From: Torpedo marmorata
Taxonomy: Eukaryota
Direction: 5' to 3'
Assembly (NCBI GenBank): GCA_977017645.1
Contig: OZ360249.1
Location: forward strand, 6,572,001-6,636,000
Length of the DNA stretch: 64,000 nucleotides
Shown here piece by piece: positions 35,336 to 48,168 of this stretch. Both the position numbers and the translations under genes were made by a program. Position 1 is the stretch's first letter. Each line of letters begins with the position of its first letter. The notes below the pieces were generated by a model, which worked only from the letters and a program-made list of their open reading frames with translations, did not search any database and was not told the origin of the DNA.

Positions 35336-38300
35336 GTTCGGTTTTTATGACAGGTTCGGTAAGCTGCGTGGACTATCGGGGCAAAAGATTTTTTGCGTCA
35401 TTTTGGTTCTTTTTTTCTTACAATATGAATGTGGACGAATTCCAACATTTATATCAAGGAGGGGAAGAAGCTGTGCCTTACATCTGGCGATAGTTGCTTG
35501 GTCCACGCCGGAGAGTTTTCATTAAATCTTTCTGATGACTCCATCAATACCTATATCTTGTCAACCCCACTCCTCTTTAAAATTCGCCTCCTTGACCAAG
35601 ATTTTGGTTAGCCGTCCTGCTTTCTTTAACTGGTTCGCTAAAATTTGTCAATTGTACATATAGCGACAGATAAACCGGCCTAGGCCATTCGCCCCATCGA
35701 AACGGTTCTGTCATTCATCTCGGTTCATCTGCCTTGTCAATTTGTTGTGCAACGCTAAAAATCCCGTAGAATGTAAACACCAGATACTACTGGAGAAAGT
35801 TAGAGAGGGACCAGGGACAGGCACCAGGAACCTTGTTTTATAGAAGATCAACAGCTGTGACGTTTCTGAGAAAAATATGAACAGGACTTTGGCCTTACAG
35901 GCAAGAAAGGCTTGCCTGTAGGAATTAGGGCCGAAGGCCCATTTGTGATCAGACGTCAGTATCCTTCAGTGCGTTGGATTAACCAGGTATGCAACTAATT
36001 TGAGATTAAATTTTGACAGAAATTTTAAAAAGTTATTCAGTCAGATCAATCCAGAATGTGCCTATCCCGTGCTAATGTTGAATGTATCTCAGGGTCGGTG
36101 AATTTAAATATCAGGCAGACATGCGCTTATTGTGAGGAAATGGAAATGGATCCTTTTCCGCTTGAATTTTCTTTGAGGACGTGGAGGCTGGAAAGTTTTT
36201 CCAAGTAATGCACTTGGGGGCTTTTTAAAAACAATAAGAAACAGCAGACTACAAAGACCTTTTTATTTAAATTTGTTTTGATTTTTTTTCGGATTTGCAT
36301 GAAAACTGCATGAAATGACCTCATCGGCAGCTGCCATTAGTTGTTTAATTAACTATCGAATGGCAGGAGGAGACAGAGAACGTGCTTGGAATCTCATTAG
36401 TGATTCTTTCACCCACAAACTCACAGAGAAAGAGAGTGTGTCTGAGAGAGAGAGAAAAAACAGCACCAACCAGTTACCCCTACAGGCCAAAGTGAGAGTG
36501 TCCAGACTCCCAATGAACATATTGCCCTCGAGAAAATTACCACACTCCTTGACGATATCTGACCTTTTGTCTCAAAACTCCAGAACTTTTAAGGCTTTTT
36601 TTGTTTTGTGAGGAAATTCACTAAAGACACCAGCGTCCTCGTGTATCAAAACCCCCCACTTGTTTAATCCGGCCGTTAGGTGAATTTGGTACTTGGCCAT
36701 TTATATATTTTTTTAAAACAACGATGTACCGGCGTTCGAACTGAAATGTGTCCTTACTCCTCTGTGATCATGGCGACTTGTCTCTGCCACGCCTGTTAAG
36801 AATCGACAGACAACTATGTGAATAAAGGTCATTTGGGGTTAGTCAGCGAGAATCAAGGGTGTGGTCTCATTTCAGTATTTAAAAAATATATATAACTGTG
36901 CTTTTTAAGTCTGGATTGGCTTGGCCATTCCTATATAATGTTAAGTTTAATCAAGTATACATTTCCAAGAGAGAATGGGAGATTTTACAAGGGGTTTCCA
37001 ATAACCCTGAAAGAAAACATTCAGTCAGTCGTAATTATGCTTTTGAATCACCTGAACTGTTTATTATTATTATTTAACAATCTTAATAATTTGCTCATAC
37101 TGTTAACTACTTTAATGTTTTTAGCTGCAGATTTCACTTGGACAAATTATTCCGAAATTGTCACAATTGTGTCAATTTTGTGTTTTTCCGGATGATCGTG
37201 GGACCTGGTTACCTAACCTCAAATTAAATAGACGCCTACAGTTTTTTTTTTCTTTTCAATTAATCCTAGATCGAAAAAAATCTGTTTACCCTCACTAATA
37301 TTTCGACCTGAATGCCTCCGATCAGCATGTGCGTGTTGAGGAGAGTCTGTTGTTTCAAGGTGTTCGGTGCATTCGTTTTAGATAGAATTGTGGCGAGTTT
37401 GAAGCGGAATGGACAGCCAAGTTCAAGTGCAAGTTCATGGGCTTTATTGAGAGCTCTGTTCGCCCCCGTCTCGGGCCTTTTGTCCGCCCCAACAATTGCT
37501 CTTTATTCCTACTCTGTACTTGGAACTGCCCGGGAGCCTGTGCATCAAATTTAAACCGCACTGTTGCGGTTTTGGGAGTCAAGTTATCCTCTTGTTGAAA
37601 TTTCTGCCATAATCATACGTGCACTCTCATTTCAGCCCTGATTGGCATCGAGTCACGAAGAAAAGACGCAACACATGGTAGCAACAGTGCCGGGATGTTT
37701 ATTTTAAAATATAACTGTGGGGGTGGGGGTAGTTTGGTAACTTTTCAGTATCAGTGGAAACTCGAAGATTCTAAACTTCGAACAAACTTTGACAATAGGA
37801 TGAAAGCGAACCCAAGGGCGAATTGCCTATCTATTTTGAAGATAAGGTAAGGAATGTGAGCCTGTGATTTTGCTCCGGCTACTTACTTTCTCTGAAAGTG
37901 GGGGTGGGTGCTTCTGTGTGTGTTGGGGTCAGAGGCGTTGCTGCTGTTGTGGGCACTGAGAAGTCGAACTCGAAGTGCCTATGTTGTGGAATGTGAGTGC
38001 TCGCTGGTATTTGAGAGAGAAGGAAAGGCATGCCCAATTTTTGCATAAATCAGAGGTCATTGGCGGTTGCGATCTGGGTAGTGACACCGTTTGACCCGGC
38101 ACAAACCTCCAGAGTTAGGACTATTAGTTGGCTCCACAATGAGCTTGCCCCTGTCACAATGGCTGAACTGAATTCCTAACCTTCCTGAGCAATGTCACCT
38201 ACGCCATTTCGAACGCGGTCTTTTTAAGCTGTGTCATTGCTGAATCGTCCGATAATCCGTTTAATCGATTATTATTGACTCTACAGGGTATTTCTAATGG

Positions 38301-40515
38301 ACCCGGGGCAAAGTTCAATAACGAGTGTCTATACATAAAGCACAATGTACAGCGCCGGGAAGGGGTGATGTTTAAGCTTATTTAAAACAACTTTAACATA
38401 TTCAGCGGACCCGCGACCTCAAACAGAAATAACATTCTCTTTAATTGTAGATTAATAGCCATTTATCCTAAACTTTAATACTCCCATTGAATCATTACAA
38501 GTTGACACTTTCTGATGTAAAACTTGAAAGGCAAACACCTGGACTCATTTTGGTAGAAGCTACACTAATTTATTTGGACATTTAATAATGAGGTGAATGG
38601 TATGTAGTTTTCTCCTGTAAATCAGCATGGATGGCATTGTTAAGGTATACTCAGTGGTTTTAAAGTTATACTGTTAAATTTACATAAAAGCCACAAAAAC
38701 CTTTACATAGGAATTGTACTGATCAGCTAGTAATTCACTACCCAGGACAGCTGTACCATTTGAATTTAGGCTTTCGTTCGGTCAACAGATCAATTAGTTA
38801 TATAGCAATGGACAGAGATTAAGTTCGTGCCAGGGGTCCTTCCAGAGCCCATGTTTTTTTTTTAAAGGTCACGGTTACTGAATGGAGTTATCTACCAACA
38901 GCTTTGCATGTCAGGGACGTTAGATGGCTGCGTTGTCCGGAAATAGGTTGAAAGCCTTGGGTTTATTTTGTGTTCACTTATGGTGTGTCCAACACAACAA
39001 AGAGGTCAGTCCGGCCCGGGCACACTCTGACCATAAGGTGGCTCACGGGCCAAATCCAACGGCGACCTATTACAATCGCCCAGTCTGGGGAAAAAAAGAC
39101 GGCTTTAGGTGGAAGAAATTGAGTGCATTAAAATTGTTCTTGATTCCAGAGAATTACAAATAGGACATTTAAATTTCGCAATATTAAGACCTGAAATTAA
39201 TTGCTAATTGACCTGAGGCAAATGATTTCAATTCATCTTGCGCCTGTAATTTGAACATCAATACACTTATAAATATATTGATTTTGCATTTTTTATCAAT
39301 TTATGCATAACGGAATTGGAGAAATGCAGCAATAAGACGTGCTGCGACAGGAACAGGGTCTATGCTGTGAATGAATGAATGGAATAGAGAGAGGGGAAAG
39401 ATGGAATCAAAGCTACCCGGATAGTGAACTTGGAATGAATTCCCAACTACAACTTCCATAGTTGATGGGATAGGCTCCAACATGACTTGAAGCCCCATGC
39501 ACCCACAAATGCCTCACGAATGACGGCGTTTCCTGTGAGATATCCTTTCCACCATTGACTGGGCAATGATGCTATTGGATTGGTTGAATCGGGTCTGATC
39601 AACTAATTTTTCAATCCGGCTCCCGTTGCTGCTCAGGCGGGAAGAATGCGATGCCGAATTTCAATTGGGGTGTCTCCGACCCCAAGGGCAGGCGCAAAGG
39701 GGCGACTATTTTACAGCCAGCCATTTTTGTAGTACGGTGTAGTTTTCGACCTTGACTTCACAGTTTACCTGAGCAAAATCGTTAAATACAGACTTGAATA
39801 GAGTTGGGAATGTACCAAATTGAAATGGATCCCCTAACGCTTGCACACCGGATTGAATATATGAGTAGAAGGTTTTGGTTAACGCCATTTGTTTTTTTCT
39901 GCATTATGTACCTTGTTGTTCCATTGACCTTTATCCAGAAAATCTAATAAAGTATATTGTCATGACTCTCCTCTGAGCGATAATACCGAACCTCTAAATC
40001 CGATGGGAAGATTTGGAAATTCGATTGTAAACAATGCCGGGGCCAATTTCCAACAAGGATCTGACAGCGCTTATATTTTGCTTCACTCCCCACTTACTTA
40101 CTCGTTCACTTTCTTTAAATCACAATTTTGGAAATTCATCTTGTAATAATCTTTACGTGACCGGAATATTTACTGTCCCAAGGAACATGGCGCTGCGGAA
40201 ACTGAGCTGTCAGACTCTTGAGAGTGCGTAAAAATAAATATGTGCCCGGCTTTTATCTAAAAAGAAAATACCCCCAAAACGAGAAATGCTTTCAAAATGT
40301 TGTAAGAACAACTAGACCTGAGCAGAGGGGAGATCTTTGAAGAGCTCATGCATCATCCAATCATCCGGGGGATAAACTCTTTCTGCTCTTTGTGTGGAAT
40401 TGTTCAGTATTGTAACCTACCCTTAACCGTCCAATTGCTCCCGAACTCTTGCATCCGGGTGAGATGGTTTTAGGGGATTATTGATTAAAAGTGATATCCG
40501 TCAATTAATGATTTT

Positions 40516-40877
40516 TAAATGCTACCCATTGTCTCTGCTTCCACCACGACTGGCAGCCCATTCCAGGCACCAAATAGTCCGTATAAATTAAAGTTTCCCC
40601 CAAACATCTCCTTTGAAGCTCCTCCCCTCAATTTAATCGCCTTTTCTCTATTTTGTGATGTTTTTGCGCTGGGGAAAAGATTCTCACTGTCCACGATATC
40701 AATGCCACTTATGATGTTATAAACTTCTGCCACTCAACATAGAATATACCGAAGGGAGGGAACATCTCATTATGGTACATAAATGATTGGTTTGTAAAAA
40801 AAAGAATGAATTTTTCACCCGATATCCTAATCTAAAGTTCAATTGTGTGATGAATATTTGCGAATTTTGGAAGTCCT
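40516..40877 (+). repeat. Local duplicate of 41843-42209, flanked by 32-bp direct repeats
   Basis: Shares the CR1 fragment and the adjacent unique flank (AATATACCGAAGGGAGGGAACATCTCATT...GAATTTTGGAAGTCC). Direct repeats at 40484-40515 and 40878-40909 are 31/32 identical. Confidence 0.9.
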
Positions 40878-41711
40878 ATTAAAAGCGATATCCGTCAATT
40901 AATGATTTTCATAATCACAGTTTTTCCTATCAAGACCTTAAATGTACCCCTCCCAGCGAGGCAATCATAATGGACCCAGAAGTCTTCAAATACATTTGAT
41001 TGTATGTAATTCTGGAGGCAGAACTTTAACCTCAGTTTGGTGCATTGGCCTTCAAATGTTGGATGTTCCAACGCGGCTGCTACCTCCATTTGAAGTGTGA
41101 GTGTTTGTATGTGTGTGTATTGGGGGGAGGGGGTGTATTGAGAGGGGTCTTGGGATGGGAGAGACAGGTATGGTGGGAGAGGAAGGTGTTCTGGTTTACA
41201 GCATTTGACAGGACACGTTGAATTTCAGGTATTTGCTTGGTAATCACCAGGTAATTCTGAATAAACCACATTGGGAACTAATAGGAATGTTGAAGTCTCT
41301 ATGACAAAATTGGTTACAATTTGTGCGGTAATTTCAATCTTGCTCTCCTTTGGTTTCCATGCTTCAGTGTAGCACGTAATAATTATTTCTGATTAAAAAC
41401 ATATAATATTCAGTTAAAAATATTTCTAAATCTGTCAGTATACAAAAAAAAAAATGTTTTAAACTTTGGTGGTCCTTTTCGGTTTTGGTTCCCGTTCTCG
41501 TTTAAAACTTCAACATGCCTGAAACATATTTTACTGCCAAAGAGAGATCGGGATTGGCGAGACGGCAGAAAGTGAAAATATTCAGTCCCCAGCAATAATG
41601 GGTAGAATTTTGTTTCAGGATACTTTTTTCTCTGACAGCTCAAAGAAGGGAACGAGCATTAAAGAGAACATATTTTACAAATTTAGAATCTAGAGCATCA
41701 GATATTAATAG

Positions 41712-42075
41712 TAGAACATAGAAGAGTTATAGCACAGGATCAGGCCCTTCAGCTCACCTCTGTGCCGATCATGATGTCCAAATCAAACTCAAACTCTGCT
41801 ACTTGGATTTGATCTCCTTCGTGTCTCTATCCAGAAGCCTCTTAAATGCTACCATTGTTTCTGCTTTCCACCACTACTGGGCAGCCCATTCCAGGCACCT
41901 TATACTCTATGTAAAAAAAAAGTTTTCCCGCACATCTCCCTTAAACTTCATCCCCTCACCTTAATCACCCTTTCTCCACTGTGTGATGTTTTTACCCTGG
42001 GGAAAAGATTCTGACTGTCCACGCTATCAATGCTTCTCATGATTATACAAACTTCTAATAGGTGGCCACTCAACC
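41712..42075 (-). mobile_element. CR1 3' end
   Basis: TAGAACATAGAA tail, CAGGCCCTTCAGC stem; minus-strand EVCIIMRSIDSVDSQNLFPRV. Confidence 0.75.
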
Positions 42076-44657
42076 TAAAATATACCGAAGGGAGGGAACA
42101 TCTCATTGTGGTACATAAATGTTTGGTTTGTACAAAAAATGCATTGTTCACCTGATATCATCATCTAAAGTTCCATTGTGTGATGAGTATTTGGGAATTT
42201 TGGAAGTCCCATGCACCATATTAAGGCGTCCGATCTGTTCAATATCTTCTGGACAATAAGCCTAAATTACTTTGGGTCATGGGCCACCCGTGTGGCCTGG
42301 AGATAATCTACTAGTAAACCATTAGTAAATCCAGCTTCAACGAGTAAAGCCAATGAACAAAAGGGGAAACGAGATTTGATCCCACGTGTTTCTTTTTACT
42401 CCCTCTTTTTTAAAAAACACATGTATTTTGAATGCTCTCATTACAACATCCGTGCCAGAACTTCAGAGGCAATGATAAGGAATAGAGTAACGAAATATTT
42501 TAAATGATCCTACACCGAGACAATAAAAGACTTATCTATTCCTTTCATTCTTGGTGTTCTATTACTGTTTATTCCCCTGGTAGTTTAAAATTTCAATGGT
42601 TTATGCATAAAATTATTAATCTGCTTGTCAGCCTTAAATTTAATTAGGAATGTAGAAATATGCTTTTCTAAATTTCAGAAGTGCGACGACTGAGATATAC
42701 TCTCTTGTTCAATAAGTCACACTGGAAGCCTACAGCTTGTCAATTCTGACTTGACGCTGAGGCAGAAAGAAGAAGACGGGAGGTGTAAGATCCGCAGATT
42801 ACTCACTGTTCACTTTATAAGAATTTTTGTCTCAGGCGATCAAGACGAACAATCAGTTTATTGGAGAGAATGCAGATCGGATGAGCAAAAAACTGTACAT
42901 TTAAATGACAAAACGAACATCCTGATAATGGATGGCGATTGAAAAAAAATAAAAAGGGGTAAATAAAGAGGTTAAGATTTCAGGCGAGATGTATTGAACG
43001 GTTACCACCCCCTCCCTCCCTCCTCCTCCCCGCCCCCCCCCACCCCTCCCACACACACCCTTCTGAAGCGTTAGCTTGTCTTTTATCATTCGGGTGCTGA
43101 TCGAGCTATTGTCTGGTCCAGAAATACTCCGTTTACTGGAAGTCCTGCACCCATTGTTTCCATTAAATTCAAGAAACCGCCATCACAGAGCCCATGAGAT
43201 AGGGTGAAAGCACATTGAGGAAAATGTAGTTTCAATGGGGGAAACTGTCTGAGCCATAAGAAGGAACGGCAGATTGCATCGTATTCTACAAAAAGTGAAT
43301 TTGCCTACTGCAGATACGTAAATCACAATAACAAGCTGTGCAAAAATCACTTTATAGTCCAAACACATTTAAAAAATGTCCTCCTCTTTCAGATTGATCT
43401 GATATAGAGGTGTTTTGCATTCTTATTCTACCGTTGCAAATGTATTTAAAACCCGCGGTTGTTCAGCATGGATTTCTCGCCTTGCTTATATGCTTTCATA
43501 AGGGTTCGGAAAGACACGTTGTACGTGTGTGCTCAGAGACTTCCATTAACAGTCAGGGCTGCCTGTCGGCTGCAGTCATTGTGCCCGAGCTAATGCACCT
43601 GCTAGCCTGATTACATTTGAGCACTGTGTACAGTAACTCAATAGCGTTCCCCACAATGCTGTCTTTAGATCAGCACAATTCTCCTTTTTCTAGGCACTTA
43701 GGCCCATTTTCTTCCAAGCAAATTGCCTTTTCTATAACCATTTACAATCAATTGTACACACATCTGTTTCTCTCCACCCCCCCTGAAAAAAATCTCTTTT
43801 TACAGCCCGATCTATAAACCAAGCACCTTCTCTCGTTTAACTCGTTGTCCAATTCATAATAAACAGATATTAGAACGTTCTGTCAGCTTCACAAAAGAAT
43901 CAGTGTTTAAGTATTCTGGCTATTACTCTGATGTGAACAACAAAACGATTCACTGTTGGTTGTCTGTATATAAATATATACGAAGGTTATACTTAATAGG
44001 TGTGAAACAGTTTGCATTATTTTTTCATGTTAATGTCTTATTTTTTTCCTTAAATTTAACAGTATTATATGATTTACTTTGTCTAAATCTCTGCTGAGCT
44101 TCTGTCAATTGTATAAACATGTAGGCCCTCTACAATGAAACTATGAACTCAAGATATTTGGACCCAAATATATTTGGCAGAACAATGTATTAATATAATT
44201 TCTCTGTATTTTTTGTCGTTCTTGAACATACCTTAAAAAATATATGTAGAATGTGGGATTTCCACTGTTTGTACTTTGAGAATGATTCATAATTTGGTGA
44301 GAAGCTGGATGACTAATTATCATGCAGGAGAATTCTCCTGAGTTACGACTTTCAGTTTTAGTTTCCTTTTGCTCTCTAACTCCAAATCTGGATCCTGTGC
44401 CCCTGGTGCTGACATCTGCATGTTAATCCTGCAGGATATCTTTCAGGGAATGCTGTTTGAAAATGTCAGGCCAACAGGCAATATGTGATTAAAATAAGAT
44501 GTATTTGAACAGTCTTTAGATCCAAATGGATGACTCCAACACATAAATTTAAAATCAGATTAGTAAAATAAATTAAACACACCCTGCTGTGAAAGATGTA
44601 CCAGGACAACTAAAATACTGGAGCATACAGATTATTAATTTGAAAACCCTCTTTTGT

Positions 44658-44850
44658 AGAACATAGAACAGTTGAGCTCAGGAAAAGGCCCATGAGCCAT
44701 GTGTCTGTATTGAACATGATGTCCAGATTAAACTAAAACTCTGCTGTTTGCACATGATACACATCCCTCTATTCCCTGTCTATTTAGCAGCCTCTTAAAT
44801 GCAACTATCATATCTGTTTCCACCACGAGCCCTGGCAGCCTGTTTCAGAG
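44658..44850 (-). mobile_element. CR1 3' tail fragment
   Basis: TAGAACATAGAACAG start; similar to 41712-41895. Confidence 0.65.
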
Positions 44851-45014
44851 ATGTGCAAATCATTTTATGATGAGCCTTTGACTTTAATGTGGTTGTATTA
44901 TCCTATTAAGTTTTCTAAGTTGTTTGAACAGACTTAATTCATTTTGATAAATGCAAATCATACAATGGAAATTGTAATAAAGGTGGCATTCTCTTAATAT
45001 AATTTGGTTTATAG

Positions 45015-45257
45015 GGGTGACATGTTTGGCACAATGCTATTACATCATTAGTGACTTGGGTTCAAATCCTCTGCTGTCTGTAAGGAATTTGAACGTTCTC
45101 CCCATGACCCCGTGGATTTCCTCTGGGTGCTTCAGTTTCCTCACATGTTCCAAAGACGTATGGGGTTAGTATGTTAATTAGTCACATGGGTGTATTTGGG
45201 TGGTGTGGGAGGAGGGCTTGTTACCATGCTGCATCTCTACATTAAAATTAAATTAAA
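45015..45257 (+). mobile_element. Older HE1-type V-SINE (CpG-decayed)
   Basis: GGTTCAAATCC B box, CTGTCTGTAAGGAATTTG, V-domain and tail. Confidence 0.75.
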
Positions 45258-46026
45258 TGTAATTGTTTGCCACGAGTGTATTTTTACAAATTCTTGAGTT
45301 CCAATGCCGACTCAAAGACATGGTGTTGATCATCCTCAGGTTGTCAATCTTCCTACTTGAATATAGAAAGTGTGCAGTCAGGAAATGGAACCATGATCAC
45401 TGCAGCAATTGAACCATTTCTTTCACAAACCATGCTTTTATTACATCTAGACATGACTTCCAATGCTCTCTGACTGTTCTCCTATCTTCCATTCTCAATA
45501 CAGGAGAACCCAAGTTCTACAACTTATGTCCTAACATGTACGAGTCTCTTTCAACTGATCAACCCTTATTTTAAACCATAAACTACCCTTTGGTCTAGCA
45601 ACATGATACCTCCATGTCTTTATCCATCTGGATTTCCATAACCCTTTTCATTTTTAAAAATCTCTGATTTTCTCCATCCTTTCATGTGCACCTGTTTAAG
45701 CCACAAGTTCTGGAGTTCAATTGCTAAACATCTCTGCATTTCCATCTTTTTCTCCTTTAAGAGGCTTCTTAAAATCAACTGTCTTTACCAAAGTTTTGGG
45801 CAGATGATTTTGTGAAGCATTTTGGGATGAAACAGCATGTTGTTGTTTGTCACTGAATATTGACCATAATTGTTGCTTCCTCTTTCTATGGATATGAAGT
45901 GAGCTGATTCAGTAGAGATCTGAGGTCAACTGTGAACTTTCTTTATTTCTTCTCATAGATCAGGTTTCTGCTCCTTCTTCTGCATCAGTCCCAAACCAAA
46001 ATAAGAAATGTTACGATCTGTGATAA

Positions 46027-46631
46027 CACTAGACAACAAACTTTGGCAAAAAGTTTGCTTCCTGAAAGAAAAAAATGGGGATTATAGTAGACAACTTCAA
46101 AGTGAACACAAAGATAATTTCAGATTTGCTGTATCACATAGGAAGTTGGAGGAATATTAAAATAAATTTTATTGAATTTAGCATGTTTAATCGCATAATG
46201 ATGCTGACACATTGCGTTAGTTCAACTGACCTAAATATGTTTTGCCACTGATTTTTGTTTGTACTCAGCATCTAATGCCTCTTGTGTCAGTGTCCAACAA
46301 TAGTCGGCCAGCATTGATGGATTCCAATTGCCCTGATACCACTTTTCCATGGTCGCAATGTCCTGGTGAAACCTTTCACCATGTTCGTCACTGACTGCAC
46401 CAAGATCAGCAGGGAAGAAGTCCAAGTGTGAATGCAGAAAATGAATTTTCAATGACGTGTTGCACTTCATGGTTTTATGTGCTTGCAATAGACTTAAAAT
46501 ATGACAGGAAATCGCAAAAATGTGTTATATCTAAAAACGGTACATGATAGGAAAACTTTAAGGTGATTTTCATGATCAGCAGCCCAAAATCTATAAAATT
46601 CACCCAAAAGTGTTCAGGAAGCAAAATCTTT
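46027..46631 (-). mobile_element. Chapaev3-type (CMC superfamily) DNA transposon, internally deleted copy 1
   Basis: SLKIHFLHSHLDFFPADLGAVSDEHGERFHQDIATMEKWYQGNWNPSMLADYCW transposase C-terminus. Left terminus TAA|CACTAGACAAC; right TIR lost. Family assignment is from a recalled motif. Confidence 0.75.
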
Positions 46632-46649
46632 CTCATTTAACATTAATCC

Positions 46650-46790
46650 ATGCACTTTTGTTCTCTTTTGCACTATCTGTTGTATGTATGAATGGGTTGA
46701 TATGACTGGATAGCACGCAAAGGAAAGTGTCTCATTGTATCTGAGTAAATGTGACAACAATGAACAATTCAATTCAATTCAACAATTCAA
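46650..46790 (+). mobile_element. LINE 3' tail remnant (Rex1-like) with (CAATT)n end
   Basis: GTAAATGTGACAACAATGAACAATTCAATTCAATTCAA. Confidence 0.5.
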
Positions 46791-47377
46791 TGCTTCTCCT
46801 TGCTTCCTCATTCTTCTTGAAGACATTGACTTCGTTGACAATATTGAACTTCTCCACCATTCTTCCTCCAACTCTGTAGACTGCCCTTGCTGCTTTCACT
46901 CATTCCTATCCAGTGGTAGCCAAAGGTTTGGTCATTTTAACATCAACTATCACATTCCTCCAATACTACACACTGCTGGAAGCTGCTCTTACTGGGACTA
47001 TGACGGATAGCATGGAGCGACTGTTTGCGCCAGATTCCCATCCACTTGCCGATGGCCAAAAGGCTCCCGGAATGGCAGGAAATCACTGTGAATGCATCTG
47101 TTTTGCTTGTTATGTTAAAATGCTGCAAACGCAGTCTGGCCATTGGCATGAATAATCTCGTTACTTTGCTGTTACCATGTGGTTTTCTGTGGATTTATAA
47201 ATCTAAAATGGTGTTGGAGAGTGGCAACGTTTTACCACCTTGCTGGATAGCGTGCAAAACAAAGTTTTTCAAAGTATCTTGGTACATTTGATTATAAACA
47301 ATCAACAAAAATAGACAAAAATAGCAAAAACATCAATGGCTTTTGTGTTATCATTGGGCACAAAAAAAGACAAATTA

Positions 47378-48168
47378 CTCTGGACAACAATTTTTTTCAA
47401 AAGGTTTGGTTTCTGAGAAAAATGGTGATTATGGTAGACAACTTCAAGCTGAACACAAAGATAATTTCAGATTTGCTGTATCATGTAGGAAGTTGGAGAA
47501 ATATTAAAATAACTTTTATTGAATTTAGCATGTTTAATCGCATGATGATGCTGACACATTGCATTAGTTCAACTGACCTAAAAATGTTTTGCCACTGATT
47601 TTTGTTTACTCAGCATCTGATGCCTCTCGTGTCAGTGTCCAACAATAGTCGGCCAGTATTGATGGATTTCAATTGCCATGATACCGCTTTTACATGGTCG
47701 CAATGTGCTGGTGAAACCTTTCACCATGTTCATGACTACACCACGATCAACAAGGAAGAAGTCCAAGTGTGAATGGAGAAAAAATTTTCAATGACATGTT
47801 GCACTTCATGGTTTTGTATGCTTGCAGTATGTGCATCAACATGTGTTCAATCTACATCAATGTAATGCAATGCACAGCATCTGTATATGTGAGCTGCTTT
47901 TATAGCCTGTTTGCATGCCCAGGCCTAAGACAAAATTTGCATAGCACCTGCACTGAGTGCATGCCAGGCAGGCTTGCACTGACCAAAACAGCTTGCTTTG
48001 TGGGCAATATACTAGTAGATTTAAAATATGACAGGAAATCACAAAATAGGTTATATATAAAAAATTGTACGTGATAGGAAAATTTAAGGTGATTTTCGTG
48101 ATCAGCAGCCCAAAATCCACAAAATACATCCAAAAGTGTTCAGGAAACAAATTGTTCATTGTCCAGTG
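47378..48168 (-). mobile_element. Chapaev3-type DNA transposon, internally deleted copy 2 with both termini
   Basis: TTA|CTCTGGACAA ... TTGTCCAGTG|TTA (10-bp TIR with 1 mismatch, 3-bp TWA TSD). Colinear with copy 1 plus ~190 bp extra (47826-48015). Confidence 0.8.

Larger units (their letters stand above)
27320..44000. promoter_or_regulatory. CpG-retaining, TE-poor domain 1 (putative non-methylated regulatory domain)
   Basis: CpG is frequent in unique DNA (13 CpG in 29281-29460 by hand count), versus 1 in 45361-45900. Few young TEs. Boundaries are approximate. Confidence 0.6.
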
